This document shows, piece after piece, positions 12,875 through 26,720 of a stretch of 64,000 nt of DNA. Source of the DNA: Chlorokybus atmophyticus (lineage: Eukaryota > Plantae > Mesostigma and Chlorokybus algae); NCBI GenBank assembly GCA_009103225.1, contig RHPI01001037.1, positions 1,893,661 through 1,957,660 of the forward strand, written 5' to 3'. How positions within the stretch are numbered: position 1 is the stretch's first letter; every line of letters starts with the position of its first letter. Under the pieces are notes generated by a model, which saw only the letters and a program-made list of their open reading frames with translations, was not told the origin of the DNA and did not search any database. Made by a program: the position numbers and the translations under genes.

Positions 12875-14543
12875 ATGACGGCCGCCGTCAGGGCATTGTC
12901 GTCGTCGCCTACAGCTTTGTCGCTTGCAGGATTTGTTGCTGCGCCGCAGCAGCAGCCACAGCCGTGCAGTCGCCGGACGGGGACAGTTTTGGCTTCACTG
13001 GGAGGAGGGGTTAGGGTGTGGAGCACGCAGAAACCGCTCGGAGGCGGCGGCGGTGGCGGGATCAAGGACAGTGTCTTCTTTGGGGAGGGTGTAGACATGG
13101 CCAGGCCTTTGCCGCAGACGATGCGGCGGAGCAGGTCTCACCTGTCATACGCCGCGGCTGACACCACGACAGACCCGGCCCCCTCCTCCACAGCAGCCCC
13201 TTCCGGACTCACCCTGCCCACAGTGCTGACGCTTGCACGTGTGTTCGCTGTCCCATTGTTTGTAGCAGGTATAAGGTGGATATAGCCGCTCTTGGAATTG
13301 TCATGGCCGTTATCATGGATATACTGGGCGGTGCCATCACGTCATGCGTTCCATGCGCAGCCAGTCTAGCTCTCAATTGCTCTATGTGCGACCATGCCGT
13401 AACATGACGACACGCAATCAGCAAAGTTGTTCCATCATGCACGTAGTAGCTATCTCGTGCATTGTATTGCATTTGGTGCCCTTGTGGTTGAGTTGAGAAC
13501 ACGCCACATTGGCATGTTGCAGCCACGCCTGTCATATCCGTGGTGCACATGGCCAGTACTGACGAGCAGTCTGTTGGTCAGTGTTCTACTGGCCGGTGTC
13601 CTGGGCTGCAATTGGCTCGTCTATCATATTCATAGTGGCGGCCATTACAGACTGGCTCGACGGTTACCTCGCCCGTAAGGTAAGGCGCACATCTTTACAT
13701 CAAAAAATAGCACCGCTGCATTCCCCTAATGATCATAACTCGCCTGCCACCACACCGCAGATGAATCAGTCCTCTGCATTTGGCGCCTTCCTGGACCCGG
13801 TTGCAGACAAGGTGGGCACGTAGCCGTGGCTGTCATGCATTGCTGCTTTTGCGGCCAGTTTGGAACTGCAATGTGTGCACACGGTGTCACGCTGGCCTGC
13901 AGTGGTGAGATGAGACGGTGTGTGTCAGCGTCGTTGCGTGCATGGGCGCAGTTGATGGTGGCCGCGGCTTTGGTGCTGCTCAGCAATAGGACACCCGCTG
14001 GCCCGTTCTTAACCCACCCCTGGCTCATGCCCTTACCCGCCATCGCCATCATCGGCCGTGAGGTATGCTCCACGCAAGCAGAAAGTGTGTCTCATACCCT
14101 AACCATGCTTTCTGCTTGCATGCATAGATTACCATGTCAGCATTGAGGGAATGGGCGGCTGCAACGGGTGGTGACGTGCACAAGGTGGGGTTGCGCATGG
14201 ACTGTCCAACATGCACATGTAGCACTCCATGTTGCACACGTCCACTCTGCTTGTTTAGGCTGTTGCGGTGAACAGTCTAGGCAAGATCAAGACAACCGCG
14301 CAGATGACGTCCTTGGCAATGCTGTTATGGGTGCGAGATGGCAGGTGGGTTTGATGTTGCACAGTGTTCCATGGAATGTTGACTTGCACACTCACAACAT
14401 GGTTTTGCATGCGCAGTGCGGGGGGTGGTGGTGGTGTTGCCGGATTAATTGGTCTTGTGTTGCTATATGTTGCTGCGGTAACCACCTTGTGGTCGTTGGT
14501 GGTGTACATGGCTGCTGTATGGAAGTACCTGTTCGGCAGATGA
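12875..14543 (+). CDS. PGPS: CDP-diacylglycerol--glycerol-3-phosphate 3-phosphatidyltransferase (PGP synthase) with N-terminal targeting peptide
   Basis: Exons: [79 protein letters not shown]; canonical CDP-alcohol phosphotransferase motif D-x2-DG-x2-AR...G-x3-D-x3-D; stop TGA 14541-14543. Confidence 0.95.
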
Positions 14544-15088
14544 CCAAGCAATTGGTGTGGGCGGTGTATGCTGCAAGATGGCCTGCAGCATCAAGACAGA
14601 GGCAGACACAGTCTTCGCTAAACTGAACATTTGGTTGCATTTCATGAAGTCCTGTGCTGTCGTTCTTGTTCATATAATTTAAAAGGTATTGCAGCAACAA
14701 CCAGTGATGTGCTCGTTTGCAATGCATCTAACGAAGTCGTGTTGAAAATGAACAAAAGTTCTTGGTTCCTTGCTGATCCCCACCCCCCACACCACCCCCC
14801 ACCCGGTGTTGTATATGAGTCCATGTCAACACCAATTGGCAGGATAAGTCCGCATCAATGCGGCCTGCCTATACAAAAGAACTTGGAAGAGTTTCGGTGG
14901 TTGTGGGTGGGCGCTGAAGCATGAGTTCAAGAATCCAACGATAGCGGCCTTCTAGTAAGTGCCATGCCATTGTGTGAGCCCGTAGGATTGAAGTGAGACC
15001 CTTGCGTAAATATGTTAACCACATAGCAAGTTAAGAGGCTTCATGCCTTAGTTTTGAACCGAGACAACTTTCACCAGATATGGCTGTC

Positions 15089-15716
15089 TGTTAGGACAAG
15101 GGTCCGGCCATCTTAGCCATAAAAGACCATGGTGGTAATTATGGCTATTTCTGTTCTTATGTATTACGCCCAGCTCGCTTGCTGCCGTAACACACCTCCC
15201 CATTAGAACTTAGCACGCCCTCGTGCGTATCCTTATAGGGATTCTCAGCCCTCCGCCCCGCGGGCGACCGAGCTGTCTCGACCAATGCTTCTCTCGGCCG
15301 GCGCCTCTTGCGCGACTCAACGCGACTTGCCCAGCCCGCATTGTCGTTCTCGAGATCCTCGATCTCGTTCTTGTTCGCACGCTGGCAAACATTCTCGCTC
15401 GCATGCTGGCGAACGTTCTAGCGACCGGCCATGCCGCGTCGCGTTCTTGCCGTCCCCTAACCGCGACTTGCTCAAGATCGCGGGTCTTTCCTACCTGCGG
15501 CTTGCCCAAGGCCGCGGGTTCATCCCCAGATCTTTGCCAACCGAAAAATTGCCGCTCTATCCCCCTTGGGAGTCGAGCCCACGACCTTTAGGTTGTCAGC
15601 CCCGATACCAATTGTTATGACAAGGGTCCGGCCATCTTAGCCATAAAAGACCATGGTGGTAATTATGGCTATTTCTGTTCTTATGTATTACGCCCAGCTC
15701 GCTTGCTGCCGTAACA
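15089..15716 (-). mobile_element. TRIM (non-autonomous miniature LTR retrotransposon), 628 bp
   Basis: Two 104-bp direct repeats (15089-15192, 15613-15716; 1 mismatch) with TGTTA..TAACA ends; 5-bp TSD CTGTC (15084-15088, 15717-15721); on the minus strand PBS TGGTATCGGGGC 2 nt after one LTR and PPT GGGGAGGTG before the other; 420-bp non-coding interior. Confidence 0.93.
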
Positions 15717-18700
15717 CTGTCTTATAAGACATTAACACCATTGTGCATGTGTCCACATACGTGTGTTTTGTCAACTTCAATTTGGCACTCGACAACGTGA
15801 CACATTGTTGGCGATTTTAGCTGACGATGTACATATAATAGAGGAATGTCGCAGTTAAAAAGTGGATACTTCCTTCACCAAGGTTGATTATTGAGATCAC
15901 GGCTACCTTATGGTCAATTGCAAAAGCCGTCGAGCAATATCGTTATGTACAAAACGACTTTGTCAACATAGTTTATTTAAAATATGTGTTGATTTTGAAC
16001 CGCTACAGCCCGACAAAAGGCACCCATATCATAACCATAAATCGCACCACATTTAATAACGGCTCTTGATTCCATTAGAATGTATGTATAGTATAGTATA
16101 TATGGCTATTGCGCGTGAAGAGACAACTCGGCAACTCGGCAAATAACATGCATTCGTGTGAAGGTGACCACCAAAGTCACTTACACTTTGTAAAAATGCC
16201 TGCGGTGTACAAGTTGTGGCGAAAGTTGAGCATATCCGTGAAAGACACTGAGCAACAACAAAGCGCTCAATCGTCAAGTGTACTATGTAAAGAAAGCGCA
16301 TGCAAGCACGAGTGTAGTACAAAGATTGACCTGAGCATATTACATGGTCTTGGCATGAATATAAAGCAGAGCCTCTGCTCAACATTTATTTTATTTATTT
16401 TGCAACGGTTGCAGAGGCCTCCTTTGCAAAAAAATCAACCCAAGTCCAGCCGCTTAGCATCAAGTACTAGTTGTTCAACTGGTTAGCAGCAAGTCTTATA
16501 TGGAAACAGCACGTAGGCAATCATTGAATTGGCTCAAAGTTTGGCTACAACACACGCACACACTGGTAGAACTGCGCACGCCTTCATACATGCATGCACA
16601 TACACTACCGTCGCTTGCACCTGCACGCGTCGAGTGAGAAACATACCGGACGACAGAAATTGGCGCTACTTCAACCTTCAATGATGGCACGATTCTTTGA
16701 GAACCCTTAGCAGAGGCGCTCAATGAGCTGTCCATGCACAGTGAAATGGGTTGGCAACCCACTTACACGCATTGCATACGCGACAATGGCAAGTGGGTTG
16801 GCAAGCCGGTTGGCAATCATCGATATCATAAACCTATACAGAAAGCAACGAGCATTACTACGGGGCTCGTGCATCCTTGTTGCAGGGACGAGCAAATACG
16901 TTTTCAAGTTTGGTGTACGGCTTGATACGATCAGGATGGTTGGCAACCATCCTGAGAACAATTTGCCATTATTACGCAGAAAATTCTTCCCTCTCATGCA
17001 CTCTTTGTTTCAATAGCCGTCTTGTCGATCATATACTAAATAATAGTGTCGTTAGGGCGTAGAGCGTGCATGTGCGTGATTGTGCATGATGACTATTACG
17101 CTGCACATGATGGCGCGGAGTTTGTCTCAAGTACTGCTTTGTCTAGGCGATAGGCCGGCTTAACACCTTCTTGTGATAGCATTATCGAAATCATGATAAG
17201 CGTGACTCTTGTAGTGCTATATTCGCAACAACCTATCTTGTTGCCCTATTGCAAGCACCAGTCACTTTTTGAGGAAAACAGGGTTGCCCTAGTACAGTAT
17301 ACATGCGTAAGCGCTCACCACGTAATCCGGAACGCAATTGATGGTCTGGTTCATCGCCCTCATGAAACATATAGTGAACCATTGTGTAGTCACCGTTAAC
17401 ATGGCTGGCCTCTTCTACATTGGTTCCAATATCGGCACTTTTTGCCATTGGTGGTGTGGCACACCGCGCACATAGAAGATGCTCGGGGGTGGTAAGGAGC
17501 CAATGACGGTGACGGTGATAAGAATGAGAAGGGGCGTCGGGGCACGAGTCGCTGTTGCTGCTCAATGCAAGCTGACTTGCACATTGTTTTCGAATAAACC
17601 CGGCGCCAGGGGGGGGGGGGGGGGGGGGGNNNNNNNNNNNNNNNNNNNNNNNNNNNNNNNGGGGGGGAAGAGCTGTAAGAAGGGATCTCGGCTCCCTGGC
17701 CCGTCATCTCGGGCTAGCCCTGTATTCAAACGACAAGCCACGGAAATTGACGCGGTAACCTTCCGTTGCAAAACTCAAAAATGTGATCAACTTGTGGAGG
17801 CATATGTATGCATACATGCACGGCTGGCACTGCAACAATCATTGAAGAAGAAACAAAAAGAGAAGAGGATGGCGCAGGAACTTCGCCGAAGAAATGAGAG
17901 CTACGATTGAGTTTTGCAGGCATTTAACAAGGGAGCACAACTTGAATGCAATAAGTTTGCGCGCAGTTGGCAAGAAGAAGGGTTAGGAACGCCTCTGTGT
18001 AGAACGTGATAGCCTTGTAGAACTTCTACAGTGTACGTGGGTGGCACACTGTGCCAAGCCTTGCAAGCAGAAGAAGTGGATCTTCGAGAGAGCACACCGT
18101 GTGCTTGTGACACCGTGTGCTTGTGACAATGGCAAGGAGGTGGAGGTAATCTGTAATGTATGGACTCGACATGTAAAAGATTATTTTGCAAGGGAGGGCA
18201 TATTCACACATGCAGGTGCATGCAATGCATTTTGTCTGTTCTTTACTTGCTACCTACTCAATATAAGCTTACTTGTGATGTTGAGAAGACTATATTTGCA
18301 GCGTGTCAAAATCCTGAGCAGCAACTTACTTGCATGAAGTTTAAGCGCAATCTCTCCTGGTCTTCTCACCATGAAAGGAAAAACTTGTAAGCAATGCTCT
18401 CACCCGCAGCGTCTTTGCTCCACGTCAAAGTGCGAGCAGCGTATTGTTTCGGGTCCGGCTGACTTGGTGAGCATCTCTTGCCTAAAAAAAAAACTGTAAA
18501 CTGTATAGCGGCCTCTGCGGCACCTGCCTAACGGCTTTGATCAACCCGTAAGTACTTGTTGCTTTTAAACGGTGAATGACGACATAAAGTCTGTACAAGT
18601 TTTTTCGTAGTACTATGCCGCATGATATCTGGATGGCATCAAAATCACCAAAAGATCCCTGAGCGCATGCCTAAGAAACTTTCTGCTCTGAAGTTAAGAA

Positions 18701-20520
18701 GAGAATGAGGGACCATGAGATGGACATCAATATAATGCGAGCCTATCTGCGCGCAAGCAAGGCACGCTTTGTAAGTTTATATATATTCAAAAGCGGTTTG
18801 ACAAGTGGGAAGCAAGCTGTGTGTATGAACATTGCATGTGGTGTTTGTGAACACTTAATACGTAAGGTACAAGTTACTACGGTAGCTGCATGCAGGGGCT
18901 AGCAGTAGCTCAACGCTGATCCACTGGGAAACGCATTGTTCACTTTAATTTTAGACCACATTGTTCCATGCGCCTTTCTCACAGAGGAGGGCCTTAGTGC
19001 TGTAAAGGTGTTTAACCTGGTAAACAATCGGGTGTGCTCTGATGAGCTGAACTTGACAAAGGGCGATCGGCGCGACTTTCCTTCTTATTTGTACTACATA
19101 TAAAAGACCAATGTGTTTAAACATGCATCACAAAATGTTAACGTACTTAATGTCCTATGCGAAGACCCTTGTTGGGAGTTGCTGTGATAGTTGCGAACAT
19201 TGTTTACATAGTGGTGTCAATGCAATGGTTGCCTTACAACTTGCCTTACAACGAAGTAAACGTTTTGAACACTTGCATGCGTGCGCACCACGCCACATTA
19301 CATGTCTTTGACACATACATGCGCATGCTTGCACACCTGCTGCTGCCACCTCACTCCGACGCCAAAACATAAGGCCCCCAATCACCTACAAACCTCGGCC
19401 TAGCACTTCTATCTTCAACTTGCCCGCCTACCGCCCCACTCGTAGCGGCCGCCGGGCCGCCACCATCGTGTGCGCATGTATCAGCTCCTTAAACTACAGC
19501 AAGACGTTTCCAAAGCCGAGAAACCGTAAAGTGTGTTTAATGTGACACGTAAAACAGCTCAGGAATCCTAGCGGCTATAGCATTCAATGCTATGTTATGT
19601 GAAGTTCACATAACATAGTGACAAGCATGCACAGCGAGCAACGCGAAAGAGAAACAAATGAGAACTAATTTAAGCGTGGCGGTTTGCTAGCATATTACCG
19701 CGAACTGTTTCTAAGATTATAGTCTCTAGAGTCTTCAGTTGGGGCCGCGGCCGCTTCACGGGCACAGCGTTGGTATCGTCTCCTGAACAAAAGTTTCATC
19801 ATTAAAGCAACAGCGCTGCTATATCAACAAATTCCACCTCGTTACCCTGCGACAATGCGAGTGCATGAACACAGAAAGCCGATTGACACCAAAAATGCAA
19901 CCACTTTGACTGCACATACGCACACACGATGATGGCTAACTCTCTGGACCGCAGTTTGCTTATCAAAGAATGTCCTCAGCTCAGCTTATGCTGATCAACC
20001 AAGTTATTGATTGTAAGTAAGCGAGAGGGACAGTCATCGCATAGACAAAATTAGGTGTTTGCAAGCAGCGGTTTGCAAGTACAAACGGTTGGGTGTGCAC
20101 TGCATTGTCCATCTAAGTTACTCCCCACCACCGTGTAAGGCTTCTCATACTGCAATGATTCGTAATGCATAGCAATCAGCGATGAACTGCACAGAACATA
20201 ACATTATGAATATGATTGTGCGTCAGATACAAGTGGCACACAAGTTTTACAAGCAGCAAGTATCCAACACAAACTATGGCTGGCCCAAGCCTCACATACA
20301 TCACATAGAATAGCAATCAGAGATGAACTGCACAGCGTCCTTGGTGTTTGCACAAAGCATACAAGATGTGCAGACCAATTTGTGAAGTCCTAATCTAACA
20401 AACAAGTTGCACTCATACAAACAATGGGCTAAACTCTGTCTCTCAGGGCAGATATATCTCACAGCAATGCCAGATCTACACGACTTGGCTAAAAGCTAAC
20501 TAGATCTAACTCGCAACTAC

Positions 20521-23500
20521 TCATTCGAGACCCTCAATGCGGTCCTCAACCTCCTGATACAGCTGGCGCAGCTTCTCCAACTTCTCCTCTGTGGTGTCCC
20601 AGTAGCCGCGTCCGTTGGCCTCCAGGAAGGTGGCGACAAGCTTGCGGAAGGAGTTGGGGTTGGTCTCCAAGAGCCGCTTCTGCATCTCAGCGTCCTCAAT
20701 GAATGTCTCGTTGGCCTCCTCGTACACCCAGTTATCCACAGTGCCGGACGTAGCGGACCAGCCCATGGTGTTGGTCAACCGCTTCTCGATCTCGCGCACA
20801 CCCTCATAGCCGCTGGACATCATGCCCTCATACCATTTGGGGTTCAGCAGCTTCGTACGTGCGTCTAGCCTCACTGTCTCGCCCAGCGTGCGCACCTGTG
20901 CATTGGCCGTGGTGGTGTCCGCAATGTAGGCGGAGGGTTTGCGACCGTCCGTGCGCAGGCCCTGCACAAGCTTTGTGGGGTCTGAGTCAAAGTAATGGCT
21001 GACATCTGTCAGACTGATCTCGGAAGAGTCCAAGTTCTGGAAGGTCACATCCACGGTCTTGAGTGCACTCTCGAAGATGTTGCGCTTCTCCATCATGCCA
21101 GCGCCAGGAGCGTCGGAGTTGAAGGCGAAGGACTTGCGCGTGAGGTACATCTCCTGAAGCTGCTTCTCGTCGTTCCAGGAGCTGTTCTCGACGGCGAGGT
21201 TGACATTGGAGGAGTAGGAGCCCGAGGCGTTGGAGTACACGCGGGTGGCTGCCTCACGCAGGCTGACATTGTTCTCGGCGGCCTGCTCAAGTGCGTGCTT
21301 GCGCACAAAGTTCATCTCCTCAGGCTCATCGAGCTCCGCGACCAGCTTGATGGCTCTGTCCAGGAGGTTCATCTGGTTGACAAAGAGGTCGCGGAACACA
21401 CCGGAGCAGTTAACAACCACGTCAATGCGAGGCCTGCCAAGCTCCTCCAGCGGGATGACCTCCAGCTTGTTGACGCGTCCAAGGGCGTCCGGCTTGGGCT
21501 TGACACCGACCATCCACATGACCTGGGCGAGGGACTCGCCGTAGGTCTTGATGTTGTCTGTGCCCCACAGCACCAGAGCAATGGTCTCAGGCCACATGTT
21601 GCCGTTGTCGCGCTTCTGGCGCTCAAGCAACCTATCCACGACAATGGCGGCACTCTGGAGCGCGGCTGCGGTGGGGATGGCCTGAGGGTCCAGCGCGTGG
21701 ATGTTCTTGCCGGTGGGAAGCACCTTTGGGTTGCGGATGGGGTCGCCGCCAGGGCCGGGAACAATATACTTGCCCTCCAGCGCATCCTTCAACGCCCCAA
21801 TCTCATTGTCCATAACCACCTGCTTCAGGCAGAACTCCAAGAAGTTGAAGACTGTGCGCAGCTTCTCCTGATCCGCATCGCCAAACTGAGTTTGGCGCAG
21901 CGCCTTCACCCACGGCTCAGCCGAGCGAATGCCAAATATGGACCCCAGCTTGACACCGACATTGCCCACACGCCCATCTTTGCCCGTGTAATCAGAAACA
22001 AAAGCCTGCAGCGCAAGGAACGCATGAGCCACTATACCATCGACTAGGGAGTCCACAATGCGCGTCATTTCCTTGAGAGCCTAACATACACATACGTACC
22101 TGGACAGCATCACGGGCGGCCATGGTGATGTCCTGCAGCAGCTGGACATCCTGCAGGTTACCCTTGTCTGTCGACCTGTAAATTTCCTCAATGTTACGCC
22201 CAACTGATGCAGCAAGGATGCCCGGGAGGCCCTGGATGCCCTCCTCGTCACGGTCCAGTGCAGCAATGTTCACAAGGGTGGCCACCGCCTCTTCTGCAGT
22301 GGGCGGCTCGCCAATGACGTGAAGCCCACAAGGCAGCAGCCTCGACTCAATCTCCATCAGCCTGATATAGACCTTGCCCACCACATTGTCGCGCTCGTCG
22401 TTGCTCAACTCGTCGGCATCCACTTCTGGCAGCTGCTCAGACATGCAAGCAGTTAGCTGGCACACACAAAACACAAACAACAATTACTCAAGTGCTGATT
22501 CAATGTTACCTCGACATCCTTGTCAAGGTTGCACTGGCGTGCAGTTGAGATAATGGTGTTGACGATCTGCACAGCGCGTGAGGAGCCCTTAAGGCTCTGA
22601 TAGGAAGAGATGAGGTTGGACAGCTCCTTCAGTCCCTTGTACAGGCCAGCGTTCTCGGCAGGAGGAGTCAAGTAGGAGATGGTGGCAGCGTAAGAGCGGC
22701 GCTTGGCAATGGTTGCCTCACTCGGGTTGTTGGCAGCATAGTAGTAGACATTGGGGATGCTGCCAATCAAGCTGTCCGGGTAGCACTCCCAGCTCATGCC
22801 CACCTGCGCAGTCATGGGAGCATGAAATCCATCAATGCCATCTTACCACCAGTTGAACATGAAATTGCCAATGCTACTGCTCACTTATAGCTTCTTTGAC
22901 TGATGTTCAACACAATTACCTGCTTGCCAGGCATAAACTCCAGGGATCCGTGGGTACCAAAGTGCAGCACTGCATCTGCCTTCCAAATCTGCGAAGAAGG
23001 TTTGCAATCATAAGTCATGGCCAACATGTACTTGGAGTATTCGGATTGACATTACTGCTTACAATGTGCTCAGTGAGCATGCACAATGCTAGCCACATTT
23101 GCTAACCTTCTCAAGGTAAGTGTAGTACGCAGCAAAACCATGGTGAGGAGAGGCGGACTTGGAGAACAGCAGCCTCATCGGATCGCCCTCGTATCCAAAG
23201 GTGGGCTGCACTCCAATGAAGAGATTGCCAAACTCTTTGCCGTAAACGACCATGTTCTGTCCGTCCGTGTTGAGCGTGCCGGGGGCCTTGCCCCAGTTCT
23301 CCTCCAGTGCCTTGCTGTATGGAGTGAGAGCCTCATACTCCTTCACCGGCATCTTGTATGCAATGTTCAACTCGGGGGAAGCGAACTTCGCCTGCAATGC
23401 GAAAACGAAACACATAAGTCAATAAGCTAGGCTACGCACGATGCAACTGGCATGCATGCAAGCATTGAGTAATCCTCGGACCTCCTTGTCGTGCAGGACC

Positions 23501-25811
23501 TCCTGGATAAGCGCCTCAGCAGACTCGGGGAGATCAATGCTGTATCCATCGGCCTTCAGCTCCTTCATGACGGAGTAGATGGAGCTGAAGACATTGAGGT
23601 ACGCTGCTGTGCCAACATTGCCCTTGTCTGGGGGGAAGCTGAACACGGTGACCGCAAGCTTCTTCTCCTTCTTGGACTTCTTCCTGAGCTCCGCCCACTT
23701 GACGGCGCGCGTGGCCACGGACACAACGCGGTCATACAGGGCGTGGGACTTGCCTGCAGGACAGATTCATACAATGAGGACCATGTTCATGTCTGTGGTA
23801 AAAAGATATAAAAGACACGTCGCGACGTCGCGAGTTCACACTGACAATCAACACCTGCCCACCTGTGGCTGAGTCACGGCCTGAGAAGATAATGGGCTCA
23901 ATGCCACCATCCAGCTCAGGGAGGGCAACCTGCAGCGCCACCTGCACGGGGTGCAACCCGAGGGTGGAGTCCACCCACTCCTCCGTGGTCTGGAACACGA
24001 GGGGGAGGCTCACGAGGTAGGGCACATTAAGCTTCTTGAGAGCCTCAATGGCGCGGGGGTGGTCCTGACGGGCGGGCCCGCCCACGAGTGCAAATCCGGT
24101 CAGACTGAGCACGCAGTCCACGAGAGGCTTGTTGCGGTCCATGAAGAACTTCTCAACAGGGCCAGAGAAGTCGAGGCCGCCGGCAAAGATGGGGATGACC
24201 TTGGCACCGCGCGCCTCCATCTCCATGATGACGGAGCTGTAGTGGCCCTCGTCACCCGTGACAAGGTGAGAGCGCTGCAGGATCAAGCCCACAACGGGTG
24301 CATTGTTGCTCTTGAGCTCAGGGGAAGCGTCCCGGCGCGAGGAGCACCAGTTCAGGTACTCCTTGACATCCTCAAACATGCACGGGGCGAGCGGATGCCA
24401 AATGCCCGCATCCGGGAACAGGATTGGGTCATTGAAGGAGAGAGACTTGCCCTGCAAGTCAGGGATGTATGCGCCCGCAAGCATCGTGAGCATGTTGGAC
24501 AGATTCTGGGGAGAGCCTCCCAGCCAGAACTGCAGCGCCATGATGAAGTTGCGCGCGTCCTGAGCCTTGGCTGTTGGCAGGTACTTCAACACCTGCACAT
24601 AGTTCAACTCGTCAACAGATGCATGCGCCTCACGCAAAACAACCGACCACAAGGCGTTCACGGCACATGCAACATCATTGTGTACCAAGCTAACGACCAA
24701 CATTACGCACTACCACACCTTTGGAAGTGTGCGCACGAGCTTGAGCATGGACTCCTCAAAACCAGCACCAGACTGCTGTCGCTGCTTCTTAAAAAACTGC
24801 GACAACGCCGTCTTAGACTGCCCAAGCTGCGACATTGAGAATGATCCCAACTTGTTCAACCGCATGACCTGCGATTGTCAAGCAACACACCAGTTAGTTG
24901 CGGCCCACAGGACATGCAACAACCAATGCATGGGAATTCTGTATAGCAAGCAGTACCTCTGGCATAGATGGGAAAACGAGCACTGCATCCAGACGCTCAC
25001 GCTCTGCCTCAACCGCGGCTTTCACCACTTCAGCAATCTCTTCAATGAAAATGAGAGAGCCAATGAAGACCTGTGGCATAGCAGCACAGCTGTTGAGGGG
25101 CAACGATCACATGCGCATGTGTCATGCATTGGTAGTAGCTGTGCTGCGGGCTTACATTGGCAGCGGCAAGGTCAGTCTTGAAGGTTTCATAGTTGGTCTT
25201 GTCACGCAGCTCCTCTACTAGATAACCTACTACTTCTACGCAATAAGAGGGGTGGTTCGCGTTGATAGTGCGCACCGCCTGCCATGAACACGCAGGAAGG
25301 GCGTCATACGTTGTGCATTTGCAGCGCACACAGTAGCACATGCACTGGTGGCACACAATGCAATGCACCATAAGTGCATTGCGTGCGTGAGTAATGTCCA
25401 AACCTGTGTGAGGGCGGCCTGGTACTGGGCCTCAAGGACGACGTAGACGACGCGGACGACGGTGCGGCCGTTGGGGTTTTCGGGGCGGACACGCCTCACC
25501 TCTGGGCGGGTGTTGGTGAAGAGTCCGTTGCCCTCGCCCAGCTGCACGGGAACGGGCTTGCTGCTGGACGGCCTGGGTGGAGACGCAACTGCGCTCACTT
25601 CCCTCCCTGCCGCCGGCAACCTGCCCGGAAGCGCCGCCGGCCTGGCCTGGAGCGCCTCTCCCGCGAACGAGCTGGTCAAAGCACGCGGCTTCCGCTGCGG
25701 CCTAACTGACGACTGCGAGGACGACGACGACGTCGACGGCAAGGAAGGCGCCGTCACGTGGCAGCCCGCCGCTGCGACCCTTGCGGCCGACATCGCCCCG
25801 GCCGCCGCCAT
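20521..25811 (-). CDS. CHLH: Magnesium chelatase subunit H (plastid-targeted), multi-exon
   Basis: Transit peptide then [172 protein letters not shown]; stop TGA at 20521-20523. Confidence 0.98.
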
Positions 25812-26720
25812 GCCCGACAGCACTCACCTCCTGCTCAATGCCCTCTGTCCAGCCCGCCTTGCTCCCTAACCTTCGCCTTATCCTCAGCACTTTCTCTACC
25901 TCCTCGTCCTTGTCCTCTTCCTCGCCGTCCTCTGGGCCGGCAACCCTACCTTCTACCTTCTACTCCGCCGCTGCCCTCAGCTCCTACTTGTGCCCGTGGC
26001 CACAACGCTCCAGCCTGTGACTTTAATTCATCAATACATTGGAATCTGACCTAAGGGCGGCCTCTAATGCGGAATGCGCACAGATCTTGTGCGCGGGGGC
26101 ACAGCGAGGCTCCGGACTAGACCGGCTGGCGTGGCAGCGCTTAATGAGGGCAATATTAAATCTCCCTGGCTCAAGCCAATGAGAGTGAGCGGCGGGCCCG
26201 CTGACCAATAGCGGAGCTGGAGAAGGTTGTGTTAGGGTAGTCGCGATGCGGGGATTTGGCCTCCCTTCCGCGAGGCCGTCGATGGGGCAGCTACCAGCCG
26301 ACGGTTCGATAGAAGCCACGGCCCTGCCTTGTACAGCCGGTCCGGTACGGTGCAATGTGAGAGCGGTGCAACCTGCGCTCCGTTTTACAGTCGGGAGGCC
26401 AAGACAGGTTGTCTGGAGTCATGGCGGTAGCGGTTAGTAACGCGAATTGTCGCGTAATCGACGTCGACAGAGCGAGATTGCTGAGATGAATGAAGCCGAG
26501 CGTCGACGACGACAGTGTGGAAGAGCTGACGATGTTGTGTGTTTGTTGTCGTTGACCGGCAGTTTCACATTGTCAGTAGCGGTCTTTGTGTGTGTGTGTC
26601 GACGGCGTTGATTGCATGCTGTGCGACGTTTGCCGTTGTGACTGTGTGTAGTTCAAATACTTTTGAAGTTTGGGCGGGCGCTGTGTAGCGGTAGACCTGC
26701 TGTTGCTGTGTTCCAAAGCT

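Noticed and set aside
15722-20500. Short ORFs, repeated GGTTGGCAACC hairpin-like motifs (~16750-16960) and a 16-bp tandem duplication (~18096-18127) between the TRIM and CHLH
   Set aside because: No recognisable domain, termini or TSD; possibly old transposon debris but not supportable; includes an N gap in a poly-G run.
22006-22068. N-terminus MTRIVDSL.. of the 515-aa ORF as CHLH coding sequence, or a 19-nt micro-intron
   Set aside because: Homology ([15 protein letters not shown]) places the acceptor at 22005/22006, so this stretch is part of an ordinary ~90-nt intron.
20995-24838. Long plus-strand ORFs (20995-22047, 23951-24838)
   Set aside because: Antisense shadows of large GC-rich CHLH exons.
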